Below are positions 1 to 17,341 of a stretch of 64,000 bases of DNA, piece after piece (within the stretch, counting starts at the first letter, position 1; each line of letters starts with the position of its first letter). Under the pieces are notes generated by a model, which made no database searches, had not been told where the DNA came from, and was given only the letters and a program-made list of their open reading frames with translations. The position numbers were made by a program, and so were the translations under genes. The DNA is from the human T2T-CHM13v2.0 reference genome, Homo sapiens. The stretch lies in NCBI RefSeq assembly GCF_009914755.1, contig NC_060927.1; one strand, written 5' to 3'.

Positions 1-934
1 CCACAGTGCCATGCTGATTTTCTGAAATCCAGTGGGACTTAGGTAGGGTGACAAGGGCAGTGATGGAGCTACAGTTGTGTCCATTTAGAGGGAAGTAAGA
101 GTGAGGATGGTCAGAGAACCTGGCTACACCCAGCTCTTGCAGTCATAATCGATTCCTTTCCAGTCAAAGAGGGTGGGAGAGTGGTTTTTCTCCCTCAGAC
201 AGAAGGATGAGGCTAGGAGGGAGGAGCTGGGTGGGCCGGGCGTGGACCAGCTTGGCCCTGGTGGACCTGCAGTTGGGCGGGAGGATGCTGGTTATTTGAC
301 TACAATGTATATTTAAAGGTCTCAGTTACAATGGGCCCCGGGCGCTCTGTAACAAGCTGCAGCTGTCCCATTGCTCATTAGCTTTCCTAACATCTTCTCG
401 GGGCTGGTCCTGGGAGAGCAGCCCCCAAGCTCCTCCCTGTGGGCCGGGGCCCTGAAAAGCTGACTTTTTGCCCCCAGCCTCAGAGCTGCCATGATGAATG
501 GCGCTGCTGCCCCGTGCAGACAAACGTCTTCCAGGAACAAGCCCCGTTTGTTTAAATCAAATGATCACCATCTTCTCTGGCAAAAGCCGCTCCCTGGACT
601 CAAGGCCCAGGCCTGCCTCAACTGCCACCCACCTGTCCCTCTTCCTCTGGACATTAGGAAAGGACACATCAAGGGGTCAGGAGCAGCTCTAGCCACTGTC
701 CTCAGAATGGGGACAGAGCAGGATCTCCAGGGCCAGCAGGGCCTGGTCGTCTTTGGAAGTGGGGTGAGAAAGGACTAAGCTTTCACGAGACATGGAGAAG
801 CAGCCAGCAGCATGGGAAACAGGGCCTCAGCTGTGCTGCGTCTGTGCTCTGAGCTTTGCACTTTCTACATGTGTCTCTACTCAAGTTACGCCTCTCCTGG
901 CTTCAGACCCCTCAAGCATAGAAGAGTTTGTTAG

Positions 935-1077
935 GTCCACAGCTCTCAACTCCGGCTGCACACTGGGGTCACCAGAGGAACTTTTAGGAACTACTGATTC
1001 AGTTGGGTTCCAGGCACTGCCATTTCTTCCCCTCAGGCCCTCAAGCAATTCTAGCATGCAGCAATCGGTTTGAGTAG
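935..1077. mobile_element. MER5-type hAT-Charlie DNA transposon fragment
   Basis: ctctcaactccggctgcacactggggtcacc...ctagcatgcagcaatcggtttgag resembles MER5 ends. Confidence 0.5.
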
Positions 1078-1484
1078 CCCCAAGGTCTCTGACCTCATGG
1101 CTTATCAGGTCTTCTTTGAAAAGTCCTGGCTGCTTAGGAAACACCTCCAGGAAGCCATCAGTTTGCAGACTGTGGGTCCCAAGAAGTTCCTGTACCAGGA
1201 GTTCTTCCTAAAGAAACCCACCTGGACTGGAGCAGGAAGGGACCCCAGAGCCCACCTTTTCCAACTTGGTTTTAGAGATGGCAAAACTGGGGAGTGCTCC
1301 TCCTCTCCTTGGGAGGACCCCCAGCTCAGACGGGAAGTGCTTTGTGAACGTAAAGCACCAACGCTGTGAAATTACTACAGATGGAGTTGTTGAGGATGGA
1401 GATTGGGGCACTGGAATTGTAACTCCTATCTGTCTCCCCAACTAGGTTGTAAGCACCTTAATTGCAGAGACCAGGTCTCCTTTG

Positions 1485-1486
<2 letters not shown>

Positions 1487-1532
<46 letters not shown>
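1487..1532. repeat. (TG)n microsatellite
   Basis: Direct reading. Confidence 0.97.
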
Positions 1533-1534
<2 letters not shown>

Positions 1535-1560
1535 TCCTGACTTAGCAATAAATGACTATG

Positions 1561-1702
1561 TGGATGGATGGATGGATGGATGGGTGGGTGGGTGGATGGG
1601 TGGGTGGGTGGATGGATGGATGGATGGATGGGTGGATGGATGGATGGGTGGATGGATGGATGGGTGGATGGATGGATGGGTGGATGGATGGATGGGTGGA
1701 TG
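1561..1702. repeat. (TGGA/TGGG)n tetranucleotide repeat, probably expanded from an L2 3' tail
   Basis: Direct reading. Preceded by L2-tail-like caataaatgact. Confidence 0.93.
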
Positions 1703-2460
1703 GGGCCTTCCACAGGTGAATTTCCCTTCCTTACTCATCACTAGATTTTGCCATGGGTCACCTAGGCTGTCATCACCACGGTCACTGCTGTGAATAATGG
1801 AGTGTCAGGAGCTGAGGGAGGCAGTAGGGTATTGAGAGAACCTGTTAGCCTTGGGACTCAGGGGAGGGCCATTAATAAGGAGTAAGCATCTGAAGCTGGT
1901 CCTGACAGGCTTGCTGTGAATGGTGAGGCCAGATTACATGCCCATTGTACCCTGCTGTGAATCCACATCTCCCTAAGCCCCATCACACAGTGTAGCCGGG
2001 AATTTCTCACCCTCAAAGGTCTTTCAACCAAAAAAAAAAAAAAGGCCATTTCTGCCCAAGGAAGAATGTGGACCTGCAGGTTCCAGGTGGGAAGGAGAGG
2101 GGCTCAGGGTCTGGGTGAGGACAGAAGTTGGTGCTCTGACCTTAGTATGAATAACTCCAGCAAAGTCTTAATTCCTCAAAATACTGCCCAACATGCAACC
2201 GGCCACCTTTTATTGAACTTCCACGTGGGCAGACACTATGCTTGGCTGAGGATACAGAGGTAAAAGAGAAAGACCCTGCCCTCAGAGGACTTATGGTCAA
2301 GGAGTAGAAGCTGTCGGGGAACGGGCAGAGGGCTGGTGAGCCACGGAGGAGAAAGTGCTGGACAGGGCATGGACCCCAGGGGTGGCTTCATAGAGAGGCA
2401 AGATTTAAGCTCGGTGGGAGTTCTTCAGTGTGGCTCCCGGGAATCTGAATTTCTATCTCT

Positions 2461-3014
<554 letters not shown>

Positions 3015-3688
3015 TAGGAATGATTTGTCTAGTGAGTGGTGGAGAAGGCATCCTAGGCAGAAGAAACTGTATGTGCAAAGAAAGGGAGGTGATCTAAGGG
3101 CACAGAGGTAACGGCAAACAGTCAAATATATGTGTAGAAACCAGGTTATTTGGGGGAAAGGGGATGCAACTAGAGTGGGAGGAAGAAAATCAAAATGCCA
3201 TTTTGTTTGAATCGTTGAAAATAATTCCCCCAGGAAGCAGTAATCCATTTCAGCCTTCCTCATTCAGTGCTGATTTGCCCAAGTGGCAGGGAGATCTGGT
3301 GCCGATTACCAGGTTTCGGTGCATTAGGTAATGCAACAATAAAATCTGGGTCACTGCAGCACAAAGTCCCCTTTATTTTGACAAGTGTAGTTTTTACTCT
3401 GAAGTGTTATCATAAATAATTAAATTAAACCAGTAAATGGGTTGTAGTATGCTTTGCTGCAGTAACAAAGTCTCTGTAACCCCAGACACTGAGCCACTCC
3501 TTTGGGGGATTCTTGGCTCGGAAACATTTGGGAATTTTTCAGAAGTCAAGAATATTTGGAGTAGTCAAAGGAGAGAGGTAGGGCTGAAGGCTTGTTCCAG
3601 CCCATCCTGCTGCCCCGTTTCCCACTGGGCTTCCCCATCCTGCTGCACGCCATTCTATCATTTGACCTGTGGCAGCTTGAATCTGTAA

Positions 3689-4045
<357 letters not shown>

Positions 4046-6920
4046 TAAGTAAATACTTCAAATCTTAGGGTAGAAGGTCTTGCAGGGACTCTCAAGACCA
4101 CCAGACAACCCACCACCATCCATGACTTTTACCATTTCATAGACATGAAAACCAGGGAAGTAAAGTGACATGACCCATTGCTTGTTGGCCGATGGACAGG
4201 ATAAGTAACATGCAGAACGTGAGTGCCAAAGACGCGGAGACCCAAAGGAGAATGTGCTGGAGACACAGGGGCTGCATGCAGGCAGAGAAAGGGGAAGTTG
4301 CAGGAGGAAGGAAAGAGGAAACGGTAAGAGGCAGGGGTGAGGTCTGCTAGAGGGCTGGGAGCTTTGAACCAAGTCTTCAGGCGGAGACCCTGAGGAGTCA
4401 TCACCGGAGCCCTCAAGTACTCAGACATCTGCCCGCTGCATCAGGACAGTTCTCAAACCAAGCAAGAGAGAAATAAAATCTCTGTAGTGAAGAAGGAAAA
4501 ATGGTGCTGGAGAGAATACCCAGAGGCGGAACCTGCTGGCTTTAAAGCAGGAGATTTCGGTCCCTCCCCAGGGTGAGTGGGGCTGCTTTTTGCCTCCTTC
4601 TCTACCATCTGCCCCCTCCGCTCTCCCATCGTCCTGCCTGCTGGACATCCAGGCATCAGCTTCTGTCACCCTTGTCAGGGCCTGCAGATAAGGTGGCAGT
4701 TGGTGGCCAGATTAGAGGGGGAGTAGCATTCCACTGCCCCCTCTTTTGGTGGCATCCAGGCCTGTAGGACTCCATGCAGGGACAACTCCATTCGTAGAGC
4801 CAGAACTCCCAGTGAGAGTTCTAGAATGGGGGCTCCTTCCGAGTCCCAGAGCCTCCAGCTGAGCCAGCTCCAGGGAGAGCGTGACAAACAGGTATCCTGG
4901 ACAGAGAGGACTCTGGAGACCAGAAGAGCCTGTCAGAATGAGGGGCCGAACAGCACACACGGCCTTCCCTCCTGCCCCTCCACAGACCGGCTGTTTTTCA
5001 TAGCACCTTTAGTGGAAAGGAAAGCATGTTTCTCTCACTCCATGGAACTCTGAGCTATGTAAACAATAGAGATAGAGCTGGAACAAAAATCACCTACAGG
5101 GCCGATAGCTGCACCAGAAATCCCTCCAGGGAGGAGGCCAAGGCTCCTTGGTGTTCAACAGCACAAAAGCTCAGATATTAGTGAAGTGTCGGTGCCCGGG
5201 GCTTTTGCCCCAGGGCTGTGGGGTCTTGTTTAGAGGTCAGTGAAGGGGAAGGCCCACACCTGGTGGGCTGCACGGCACCCCCTCCTTCTCCCTGACATCT
5301 ATTGCATCATTCTCAAGGTGTGTGGACCAGGGACAGGGGAAGTGAGCTCAGCTGACCCAGAAACCCCGGCAAGGCCTGTGCCCAGTTTGCTGTTCCTCAC
5401 CGGAGACCTTTGGGGTTCTAGGCCACTCTTACGTGGTGATGGCAGGGCAGGTGTGCACAGGTCTGCCTATGAGGTGGGGATCTGCAACTGTCCCCAGAAA
5501 CCCACTGCTAAACTGGGTCCTTAGGGACTTCACCGCCCTGCTGGCCTCCTCCTCCCTCTGAGGCATCATTGACTCCAGGAAGCCCTCTGTGAACCCCAAG
5601 GCTGCACCCTGGGGTGCCAAGCTTCTCTGTGTGCCTGCACTGCACCCTGTCATACTCAGAGCTTATCATCTCAAGCGTATCTCCTTAAGACAGGGCTGTG
5701 TTTGACTTATCTCTGTGCACACTTCCATATACAGTAGGTGCTCAATAAACGCTTGTTGGACAGAACGGGGCATCTCTAGGCCAGGCCTGGCATCCCTGGT
5801 CAGGACGGCTTCAGTGGGAGGCCCAGCTCTCTGGCCTCAGCTGCCCTTGGCTCAGGGGGTCCAGTTCGGGAGAGACCAGGGTGGTCAGAGCGTGCACTGC
5901 CCTTTAATCCAGGCCTGGGTTCTTTCCCGCGTCACGGCCAGATCCCATCTCCTCTTCAACACATAGCGCTGTGGCTACCACATTGCCTCTCTGGCAGACA
6001 CTGTGGGGATGTGTGTAGTCAGGTTGCAGGGAGGGGGACTTTAAACAAACAGTCCATGGCCCCAGTCAGTGCCAAGGCTCACCGCATCCCCAGCCCCACA
6101 CCCCCTCTCCAGGGCGAGCCAGCTTGCTGGACCGTGTGACCGGGAGCCCGCAGAATTCATTTCACAAAAAATGTTTTGGTGCTCTGCTTCTCACCCCATC
6201 CCCAGCTGGGCCAGAGAGCACCTGAGTGCCCCTCCTGCTCTCCCTCCCTCTTGGGCCTTTCGCCCCCTAATCCACAAAGTGGGGAGCGGTCATGTGGGCC
6301 CTCAGCTCTCGACAGGAAGCTGTCAGGCACAGCTGGCTCGCCGGGCCAGCTCCCTTACCGCCAGGGAGGCGGGCTGCCGTCCCCGAGCCCGGCTCGCTGA
6401 AACCCAACCCCTCTTTCCAGCTGCAGCTCGAAAGAGCCCCTGGCCAGCCTTCCCCAGGGACCCTGCAGCCTGCAGATCTCACGGTCAGGGAATTTTCCCT
6501 GCGCAGTGTTCCAAGTCAGCCAAGCCTCCAGAACAAAGGGCAGAGAGACAGAGACCGGCCTCTTCCTATCCCCCCATAAGTGGCAAGAAAGACCCAGCCC
6601 ACAGAGGCTGCTCCCCTGATGTGGGGGAAGGGTATACCCAGAGGACAAAGACCATCCTTCCTGGGAGGCCTGTGCCTCGGGAAGCACTCCCCGGAGGAGC
6701 CAGGACCAGATAGATTTGCAGCAGCCCCCATTTCTTCCACCCCAGGGAGGAAAGTGACCTGTACTGGCCCTGACATCCCAAGGGCCATGGGTGTCAGGAG
6801 GCCTGTGTCAGAGTCAGGTGCTGCACAGAAGGGGATTGTTGCTGATTAGTGCGGAGGCACACATTCCAGAACGCAGTGATTCCTTTCCCTGGGGAAAATG
6901 CAATTTACAAAAGAAAAATG

Positions 6921-7374
<454 letters not shown>

Positions 7375-8477
7375 CTAGCTATGTGGCTGGTCTAGCTCTA
7401 GGGACACCCCAAAGCCATTGTGGCCAGGACAGAATATATTATAACTAACTTCTCTGAGCCTCATTTTTTCTCATCTGTAAGATGGGACTAGTATTGTTTA
7501 CCAGGCCTACTTCCTTCATTTAGCAAACATTAAGTACCAACTGTGTGCCAGGCACTAAGTCTGTTGCTGGAAGCTGAGAAATAACAGGATTCCCCACCCC
7601 AGGTCACATTAACTAATGGGTATAAAGGTGCTTGGAAAACTGAAATGCTGAAATAAATAGATAAGGACCAGCTGTAATGATCTCATTAACTTTCTGGGAA
7701 TGAGGCTGCTAAAGTGATTTTTAAAGTTCTTAAAAACAGTTAAGTAAGCCAGACCTGTCTCTGTAATCTGGCCTGCACTATTTATTTGCTTAGCAAACCA
7801 TTTCTTCATAGATAGTGCAAAAGGAAAGACTTCAGACCAGCCCGAGGCAGAATTTATCCCAAATTCAGAGTGAGTGGGGTCTGAATTAATTAGGTCTTTC
7901 TGTAGCTTAATGTATAAACCTGGGCTCAGGAAATTTGGCCTTTAAAGCAGGTGCCCTTTCAAATGAGTGGGTTTCATGTGACTGTTTTAACTTCAGCTTC
8001 ATTACCCTTTATGGGCTGCAGGAGTGGTGGGGGGAGCAGGCAGGAGGGATCTGGTGTGAGTCTGCTTCCGTGAATGGGGAGCCAAAGGAACCGTAAAACA
8101 GCCCCTGGGTCCTCAACAGCCTTCTCCCAACCAGGGCCTGCCAAGGTGACCTGCCTACCTCCCCATGGAGGTAAATTCATACTTACAGTCCCCGTCTGGG
8201 GTCTCCTCCAGTCTCAGGTGAGGGCAAGGGCCAAGGCTCCCAGTCCTACTTGTGGGGCTGGTCATCTGCTGGGGTTTCCTCCTTCGATCTCTCATTGTCC
8301 TTGAACTTCTTGTTCTAGCTCCTTGGCAGCCTCCAAACTCCACAGCGTGAGAGCGCTGTGCCAGGATACTCTCTCACTCAAGAACCCGCGGTTATTCCCT
8401 ACTGCCTGAAAGTCCTCAGCCCCCACCACCTGCTCTTATTATCTGCTCAAGATGCTCCAGGTCACCCGTCCCTTTAG

Positions 8478-9065
8478 ACAGTCCAATATGGCAGCCACCA
8501 ACCACCCATGACTATGGAGCACTTGTGGCCAATCCCAATTGAGATGTGCTGTAAGATATACACCCAGATAATGAAGATTCAGCATGAAAAAAGTAATGTA
8601 GGCTGGGCGCGGTGGCTCACACCTGTAATCACAGCACTTTGGGAGGCCAAGGTGGGTGGATCACCTGAGGTCAGGAGTTTGAGGCCAGCCTGGCCAACAT
8701 GGTGAAACCCCATCTCTACTAAAAATACAAAAATTAGCTGGGCATGATGGCGGGCGCCTGTGATCCCAGCTACTCGGGAGACTGAGGCAGGAGAATCACT
8801 TGAACACCTGGGAGGCAGAGGTTGCAGTGAGCCAAGATCATGCCACTGCACTCCAGCCTGAGTAAGACTCTATCTCAAAAAAAAAAAAAAAAAGAAATGT
8901 AAACTATCTCATTAGTAATGCTTATAATTTTTATATTGATTACATGTTAAAATAATATGGATATATTTGATTAAATAGAATATATTATTAAAATGAATTT
9001 CCCCTGTTTCTTTTTACATTTTAAATGTGGCTACTAGAATGTGTGAAATTACCCATGTGGCTCCC
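8478..9065. mobile_element. MER3/MER33-type DNA transposon interrupted by AluSx (8601-8896, +)
   Basis: gtccaatatggcagccac...ttaaatgtggctactag flanking a full Alu. Confidence 0.7.
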
Positions 9066-9296
9066 ATGTTGGCTTGCAGTAATGTCTACCAGCCAGCCTG
9101 CTCTGGAGCACCATGCAGTGAAAGTACCTGGGCTGGGTTGTGGGCAGATTTCCCTTTCGGTGCTATTTGGTATGTAACCTTTCCAAACCTCTATTTCCTT
9201 TTGTTCCAAATGGGATTAAAAGTACCTGCTTCAGATGATTACTAGGAGAAAGAGATAAGCCAACAGCTGTGAAATCTACTAGCAGAGAGCAGTTAA

Positions 9297-10205
<909 letters not shown>

Positions 10206-10691
10206 CTGCGCCAGAAGAACCAGTTGCTCCTTCACCCCTCAATGCTCTGACCCTGTGCTTTATATGCTGTCCCTTTAGCATTTTACATGTGTTTTGTGCT
10301 ACTTTAATGATAACCAACTTTCCTGAATGCCTACCTGGACACCTTTCCTGAACATCTGGCACTTTACGTATAGTATCTTTAATCCTTATCACAACTCGGC
10401 GAGGTAAATTAGATTAACCCCATTCTGCAGATGAAGAAGCTGAGGCTTAGAAAGGTTAAAGTAACTTACTTGTTAAATCAGTGGAGGGGAGCCAGGAGGA
10501 AGCACTCAACCCCCCGGCAAGCCTGACTCCAGCCATTGCTCCCTAGACTATGCTGCCTTTGCTTTCAGTGATTCAGTCACAAGAATCTACACGTCCAGGG
10601 GTAGGGTGCTTTCTTCCTGTTTGCAACAGTTCTCAAATGAGGCATTCAGCAGCCCCTTGATAAATACTGACTAAACCTCAGAGTACCTGAG

Positions 10692-11180
<489 letters not shown>

Positions 11181-11665
11181 ACCTCCATCCCAGAGTACCT
11201 GTTTGAGAGTATCCAAAAGCAGGCTGAGAGGCTGGAGAGCTAGCCTCGGGGCCCATAAGGATTCGGGTCTGTGCTGCGCTCTGCTGTGCGCCGAGCAGTT
11301 TCAGAGCCAGGGGAGTTTCAGGGCTGCCCTCCGCAGGCAGGCCTCTAACAAGGACAGGACAGCTCTGAAAAGGACAGTGGGCGAATGAGAGAGGCTCCTT
11401 GGATTCTAATGTATCATTCTCCCACACTCAGTCTCTCTTAGCAACTCTCTGACCCAGGAACACTATTGAGAGCACAGGTCCTTCATGGTCAAGAAGGCAA
11501 GAGACCTGACTCTAGTGGCTCCTGGGTGGGTGGCAGGTGCCCTAACCCTACCCTACTAGTGCCTCCACCACCTGCAGGTCCCCTCCCCAATCTGCCACCA
11601 CCAAGGGCTGCCTGGATTTTTTGGACCAGCTCTGAGTCCATGTAATTGCTTTGTTTTCAAAATAG

Positions 11666-11940
11666 GTGGTGTGTTAAAGGCTTGACTAAACGGGATTCAG
11701 TTTTTCTACTTTTGTAAGACTTCAAATACAAATGTTCTTAAGTCAGAGGTGCCTCCACCCACATGATGGACTCACCTGCAGCCATTCAGAAGGAGGACGG
11801 GCAAACCGCACAGTGGCACGGAAAGACAAGGATGATGGCCGCGAAGTGGGGGCAGCATCCGATCCACATTCTAAAAGTAGCATAATCACCATTACTAAAC
11901 ACTAAAAAAAGGAAAATAAAGAGGTAGGAGAGCGGGGGAG
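11666..11940 (+). other. Candidate 3'-terminal exon of a distant upstream transcript
   Basis: Pyrimidine tract and AG (ttgctttgttttcaaaatAG) before 11666, GTG GTG TGT TAA, and AATAAA at 11915-11920. Confidence 0.4.
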
Positions 11941-13738
11941 GAATACATGAGAATGTTCCCAGCAGTTGTGATATGATGGTGAAATTACACGTAATTCTAT
12001 TTCTTTTATTTGCCAAATTTTCTGTAATGTGTCTATAGGACTTAAATAAAGGGAAAGAAAAATTCCTTTGGGGGTAATCCATCCCAACAAAAACCATCGA
12101 ATCTGATCCGCACTCCTTCATCTTCTGTCTCCTCCACACCTTCCTAGAAGAGGACAGGAACAGAGGTGGGAGGCTCTGTGAGCCCGCTGGAAAGGCCACC
12201 AGGCCCTGCTCTGGGGTGGTGACTCGGTCAGATTTTCCCACACCCAGTCTGGCAGTGGAAGACAGAAGGGCTGTATCCTCACTCCAACTGTGCTCCAGGA
12301 ACAGGGTCCTTTCGGTCCCATGGACAGGTCCCTGTCATTCTGCAGGGAGCAGGAGGGGAAGTGGGAGACCACTGCAGCAGGTGTACTTTCCCCTAATGGG
12401 GCTCCTAGTGCCTCCCCTGGGTTCAGAGCCCAGCTCTGGAGCAAGCCAACCTTGACCCTTTTCCCAGCCGGGTGCAAAGGCAGCCCTATGGTCTTTGGTG
12501 CCTGCAGGGCTGATAGGTGTCCAGAACTGTGGTCACTGAGAGTCAACAACTTTCCCTTTTCTCTGAGGCTCTCTCCTCTTCCCGGCGTGGTGGGAGGCCC
12601 CACCCAGAAGATAGCCTTGCCCACCCTGGCATTTTAGGTTGGTCCCCAGATAAAGCAGGCAGTGGGTGGAGTGGTCATGAGCTTTGGACCCAATCAGACC
12701 CTGGTTCAAATCTCATCCAGTTTTGCCACTTACTAAATGAACAACCTCAGGAAAATTAAATGCAGTCAGAGCCTCATCTGGAAAATGACATAATGACTCC
12801 TGTCTCACAGGGCTGTGATTTGGGTCAAGGGAGAGAAAATGGACATAAAGCACCTTGAACAGCCTCGACACACAATAGCTGTTATTGGTGCCTCTGTCTT
12901 CCTGGCCCCTCCTAAGCCAGGCTCTTGGGGCTGGGGGAGGACCCTGGACTTGACTTTAGGGATTGGCCTCTTTTAATGCTCTGCTCTCACGGCTGAGTGT
13001 GGGGGGCTGGGGCTGGGAAAGCCATGTGACTTCAGGCTGGCTATTTAGCCATTTCTTTGTGTCTCTTTGGCTCTGAAGGGGTGAGGTAATCCCTCAGAAG
13101 TGCATTCTTCCTGGGGAGAGAATGTCGCTGTTTCTTAGGGGGTTATAATCACTGTCCTTGCTGGAGGTTGAATGAGGACAGTGAGGGGGCTGACCTTGCC
13201 CCCTCCCCACCTTCCAGCCCCAGCCACGCCCCACCATAGGATCTCAGAGTTAGGGGACAGACTCCAGTCTCCAGTCTAGAAGGCTCTGGGAGTGTTTCCC
13301 TGAACAACATACACAAGCGTTGGAGGTATTTCTGAGGGACAGTGGCTGCTTTTATAAACTCACAGCAATATAATAATCATAAGTATTATGTGGCCCCTCA
13401 GTTTGGAAAGTACTTTCTCGTACCTCATCTACTCCTCTCTACAACAACCTTGTGGGTGACGTTATTATCTCCATTTCACAAATGAGGCCACAGAGGTTCT
13501 AAAGGGTAAATGACGATGATGATGAGAGGTAAGTGATAAAACAATGTCTCCTGACCACAAATCCTGGAATTTAAACATAAGTGTAGTAAACATGAACTCT
13601 AGGAAGCCTCCTGGGGCTTCTCCCTGTGTCTGGAGCCCCTGCACATGCCCAAAGGAAGTCCTTTTGGTTCTCCGTTCAGTAGAGAAAGGGAGCATTTCAC
13701 TAAAAGGGAGGTGGGGAAACAAGACTGGTGGTAGGGGA

Positions 13739-14302
<564 letters not shown>

Positions 14303-16839
14303 GTAGTGGGTAATCTTCCCCGGGTATTGGGTAAGAGATTAACAGGCTGAGAAGGCAGATGCCTCAATGTCAAAGGTGGTGTTTTGAGAGTACGGAGGAT
14401 TAGCTGGTGCCACATCTGGGGCCTCTTAGGTGGCTGCCCAGCAGAATATGACCTAGTCCTTCCCACAACCCAGCCTCAACCCTCGGGAAAGAGAACCAAG
14501 GTTCCTGCTGTTGTGTCCCTTCTGATGCATCCCGGCCATGGGAGAAGAGAAACCTCTGAAAAGGCTTTCCAGGGTGCAAGACCCCCGCAGTGTTCAGAGG
14601 GGCAGGAAAGGAACTCCCTCTCCTGACTTGAGTCTGGGTCAAATGTCCATGTGGCCTACTTCCTAGAACGGGAGGGATGGATGGGGCGGGTTTGCGGAGA
14701 CCAGGAGAAGGTTGCTGGCAGCCAGCCCAGGCTCCATTTCCCTGCCCTGGGAGGGTGTGGTGGCCCAGGACCCCACAGCCTGTGGGGCCCAAACCCAGTG
14801 ACAAAGACATGCTTTGAGTCCCTCTGACTTCCAGATTGCTATGGGGAATGGGGAGGAGGGGAGGGAGGAAGGAAAGGGCGTCCATCCCAGACTGAGTATC
14901 CTGAAGCCGGCCATGACTTCGGTTTTGCCACTGCCTGTCCCCCTGCCTTTGTGGCCGGTTGTGTGGTGGTGCTATTTTCAGCATGAGCAGTAGTAGCGCG
15001 CAAGTGTCGTTCTGCGCAGTCAGCCAACTTCCTGATGTGAAACCCTAGCCGGAGGTCTCCCGGGCCCCTCCCCGGGCGCGCGGGCAGGCAGGCCCTCAGA
15101 CTAGTTCCTGGAAACTTTATAGCCCCTCTCTCTGCACTACTCAGTTCCTCTCTCAGGGATTGCTCAAATAGTAAAATAAAACATTATAGTAACAGTGAGC
15201 ATTTATTGATCGCCTACTATAGGCCAGGCACTGGGCGAGGCGTTTCATTGATATTATCTCATTAGTTACCACCTTGCCTTGCTTGTTCTGTATCCTGCTT
15301 GAGAAAGAGGTATAGTGTGTGGAGAGCAGGCATGTCATTTCTAGCTCATTAAATTTGTTGCTGATGGATTGGTCTTCAAAAAGCCATCATTTTTATGGAA
15401 AAAGTAGATTTCACTTACATCGTTCTGCTTTGCAGGAAAACCTCCAGAAAGTTCAGTTTGAGCCAGGCCCATAGCCGCCTGTGTCCACATCAGGCATGAC
15501 CTCAACAGTCATGTCACCCATAATTCACAAGCATCTTTCTGGTCCCAGCTGTTCTTCTCATCAAGGAGGCTGTATTTTAGATGTCTGTTTCTCCAGTCTT
15601 TCTCTCTCTTGCTCAACAACTGAGGCCTTTCTTGCCAGAATTGGAGGAGCTGAGGTTCTGGGTCCAGCTATGGACTGGTGGGACATGGGGTCGGGGGAGG
15701 GCTTAGCAAACCTTCTCTCCCAGCCACTGGGGCCCTGGGCCACTGCCCCTGCAGGAGCTGCCAGGAGAGTGGAAGGATCTTGGAGGAGGGCTGTTGGTGT
15801 AGGTGGGAATGGAGAACATTCCTCCAGCTGGTGGCAGGAGCTGGCTAGCCAGAGGCCTTTTTCACGGCCCAATGCAGTGCAGCTCTTGTGTGTATGAGCT
15901 TTGTGAGATTTAGATCACTCTGTATTAGCCACAGGGTATTGGAGGTCACATCAAAGGTTAGAAAGCTGTGGAAAGAGTTCTTTCCCCGTGACTCACACTC
16001 CCCAAAAACGTAAATCTCTGAGAGGAGCCAGCTTGCTTTATAGAGCTGGCAGGAGAAAGGGGACAGCAAGAACTACTGGAGAGTTTTTCTAAAGAAACCT
16101 CTGGAAGGTCGGACAAAGGAATTTTTATTGAGGAGAGGAGCCAGAGGGGAAAGATGCTCTGGGACCAGATAGATGGATGGGGTTGGGCATTGGGGTGGGG
16201 GCAGCAACAGCGCTTCAGTTGCTCCTGGCCTGGAAGGACTAGACCGCCGCATCACACAACTCCAAGAGGTATCCTGGCTTGTGCAGTGCACAACCTGTGC
16301 AGCCACACGTGGCAGCCTTGTCTTTCCTTGGTCCCTCCTGGATGGATTTGGTGGAGCCTCCTTCATGGATTCCTATAGAATCCTCCAGATGGTCATAGCT
16401 TAAAATTATCCACGTGCTTGTCTGCACCCATTTCTGGCCACTTCATAGTTACATCTTTGAGGACAGAGGCCATGTCTTCTAAGATTTTGCTTTCTAGCCT
16501 GGCGCATAGTATATGCTTAAGAAACATTTGTGGAATGAATAAATAAACATTGTTAAGAGAATTCTAACATTTAGAAACGGGTACGGCTAAGACCAAGCAT
16601 TGGGAACGAGAAAGAGCTTTGATTTCTTTAAAGAAAAAGTATGATCCAAAAACATCAACTCCTTAAAGATCCAACCACTACCTTTAGGAAGCTCCCCAAT
16701 AAAATTCTGTTCATTTAGTCCCTCCATTTCTCAAGCATTTACCAGCCCCTCTGTCAGGCACCAGCTGGGGTTCCTTTAAGATGCCCACAGCCCTGATGGG
16801 GCAACAGACATGCGCTTCTGCTACCTGCTGCCAGAATGA

Positions 16840-17341
<502 letters not shown>

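Noticed and set aside
1426-1793. His/Pro/Trp-rich ORFs
   Set aside because: Translations of (TG)n and (TGGA)n repeats
6069-6713. 214-aa ORF
   Set aside because: GTG start, Pro/Ala/Arg-rich composition typical of GC-rich non-coding DNA
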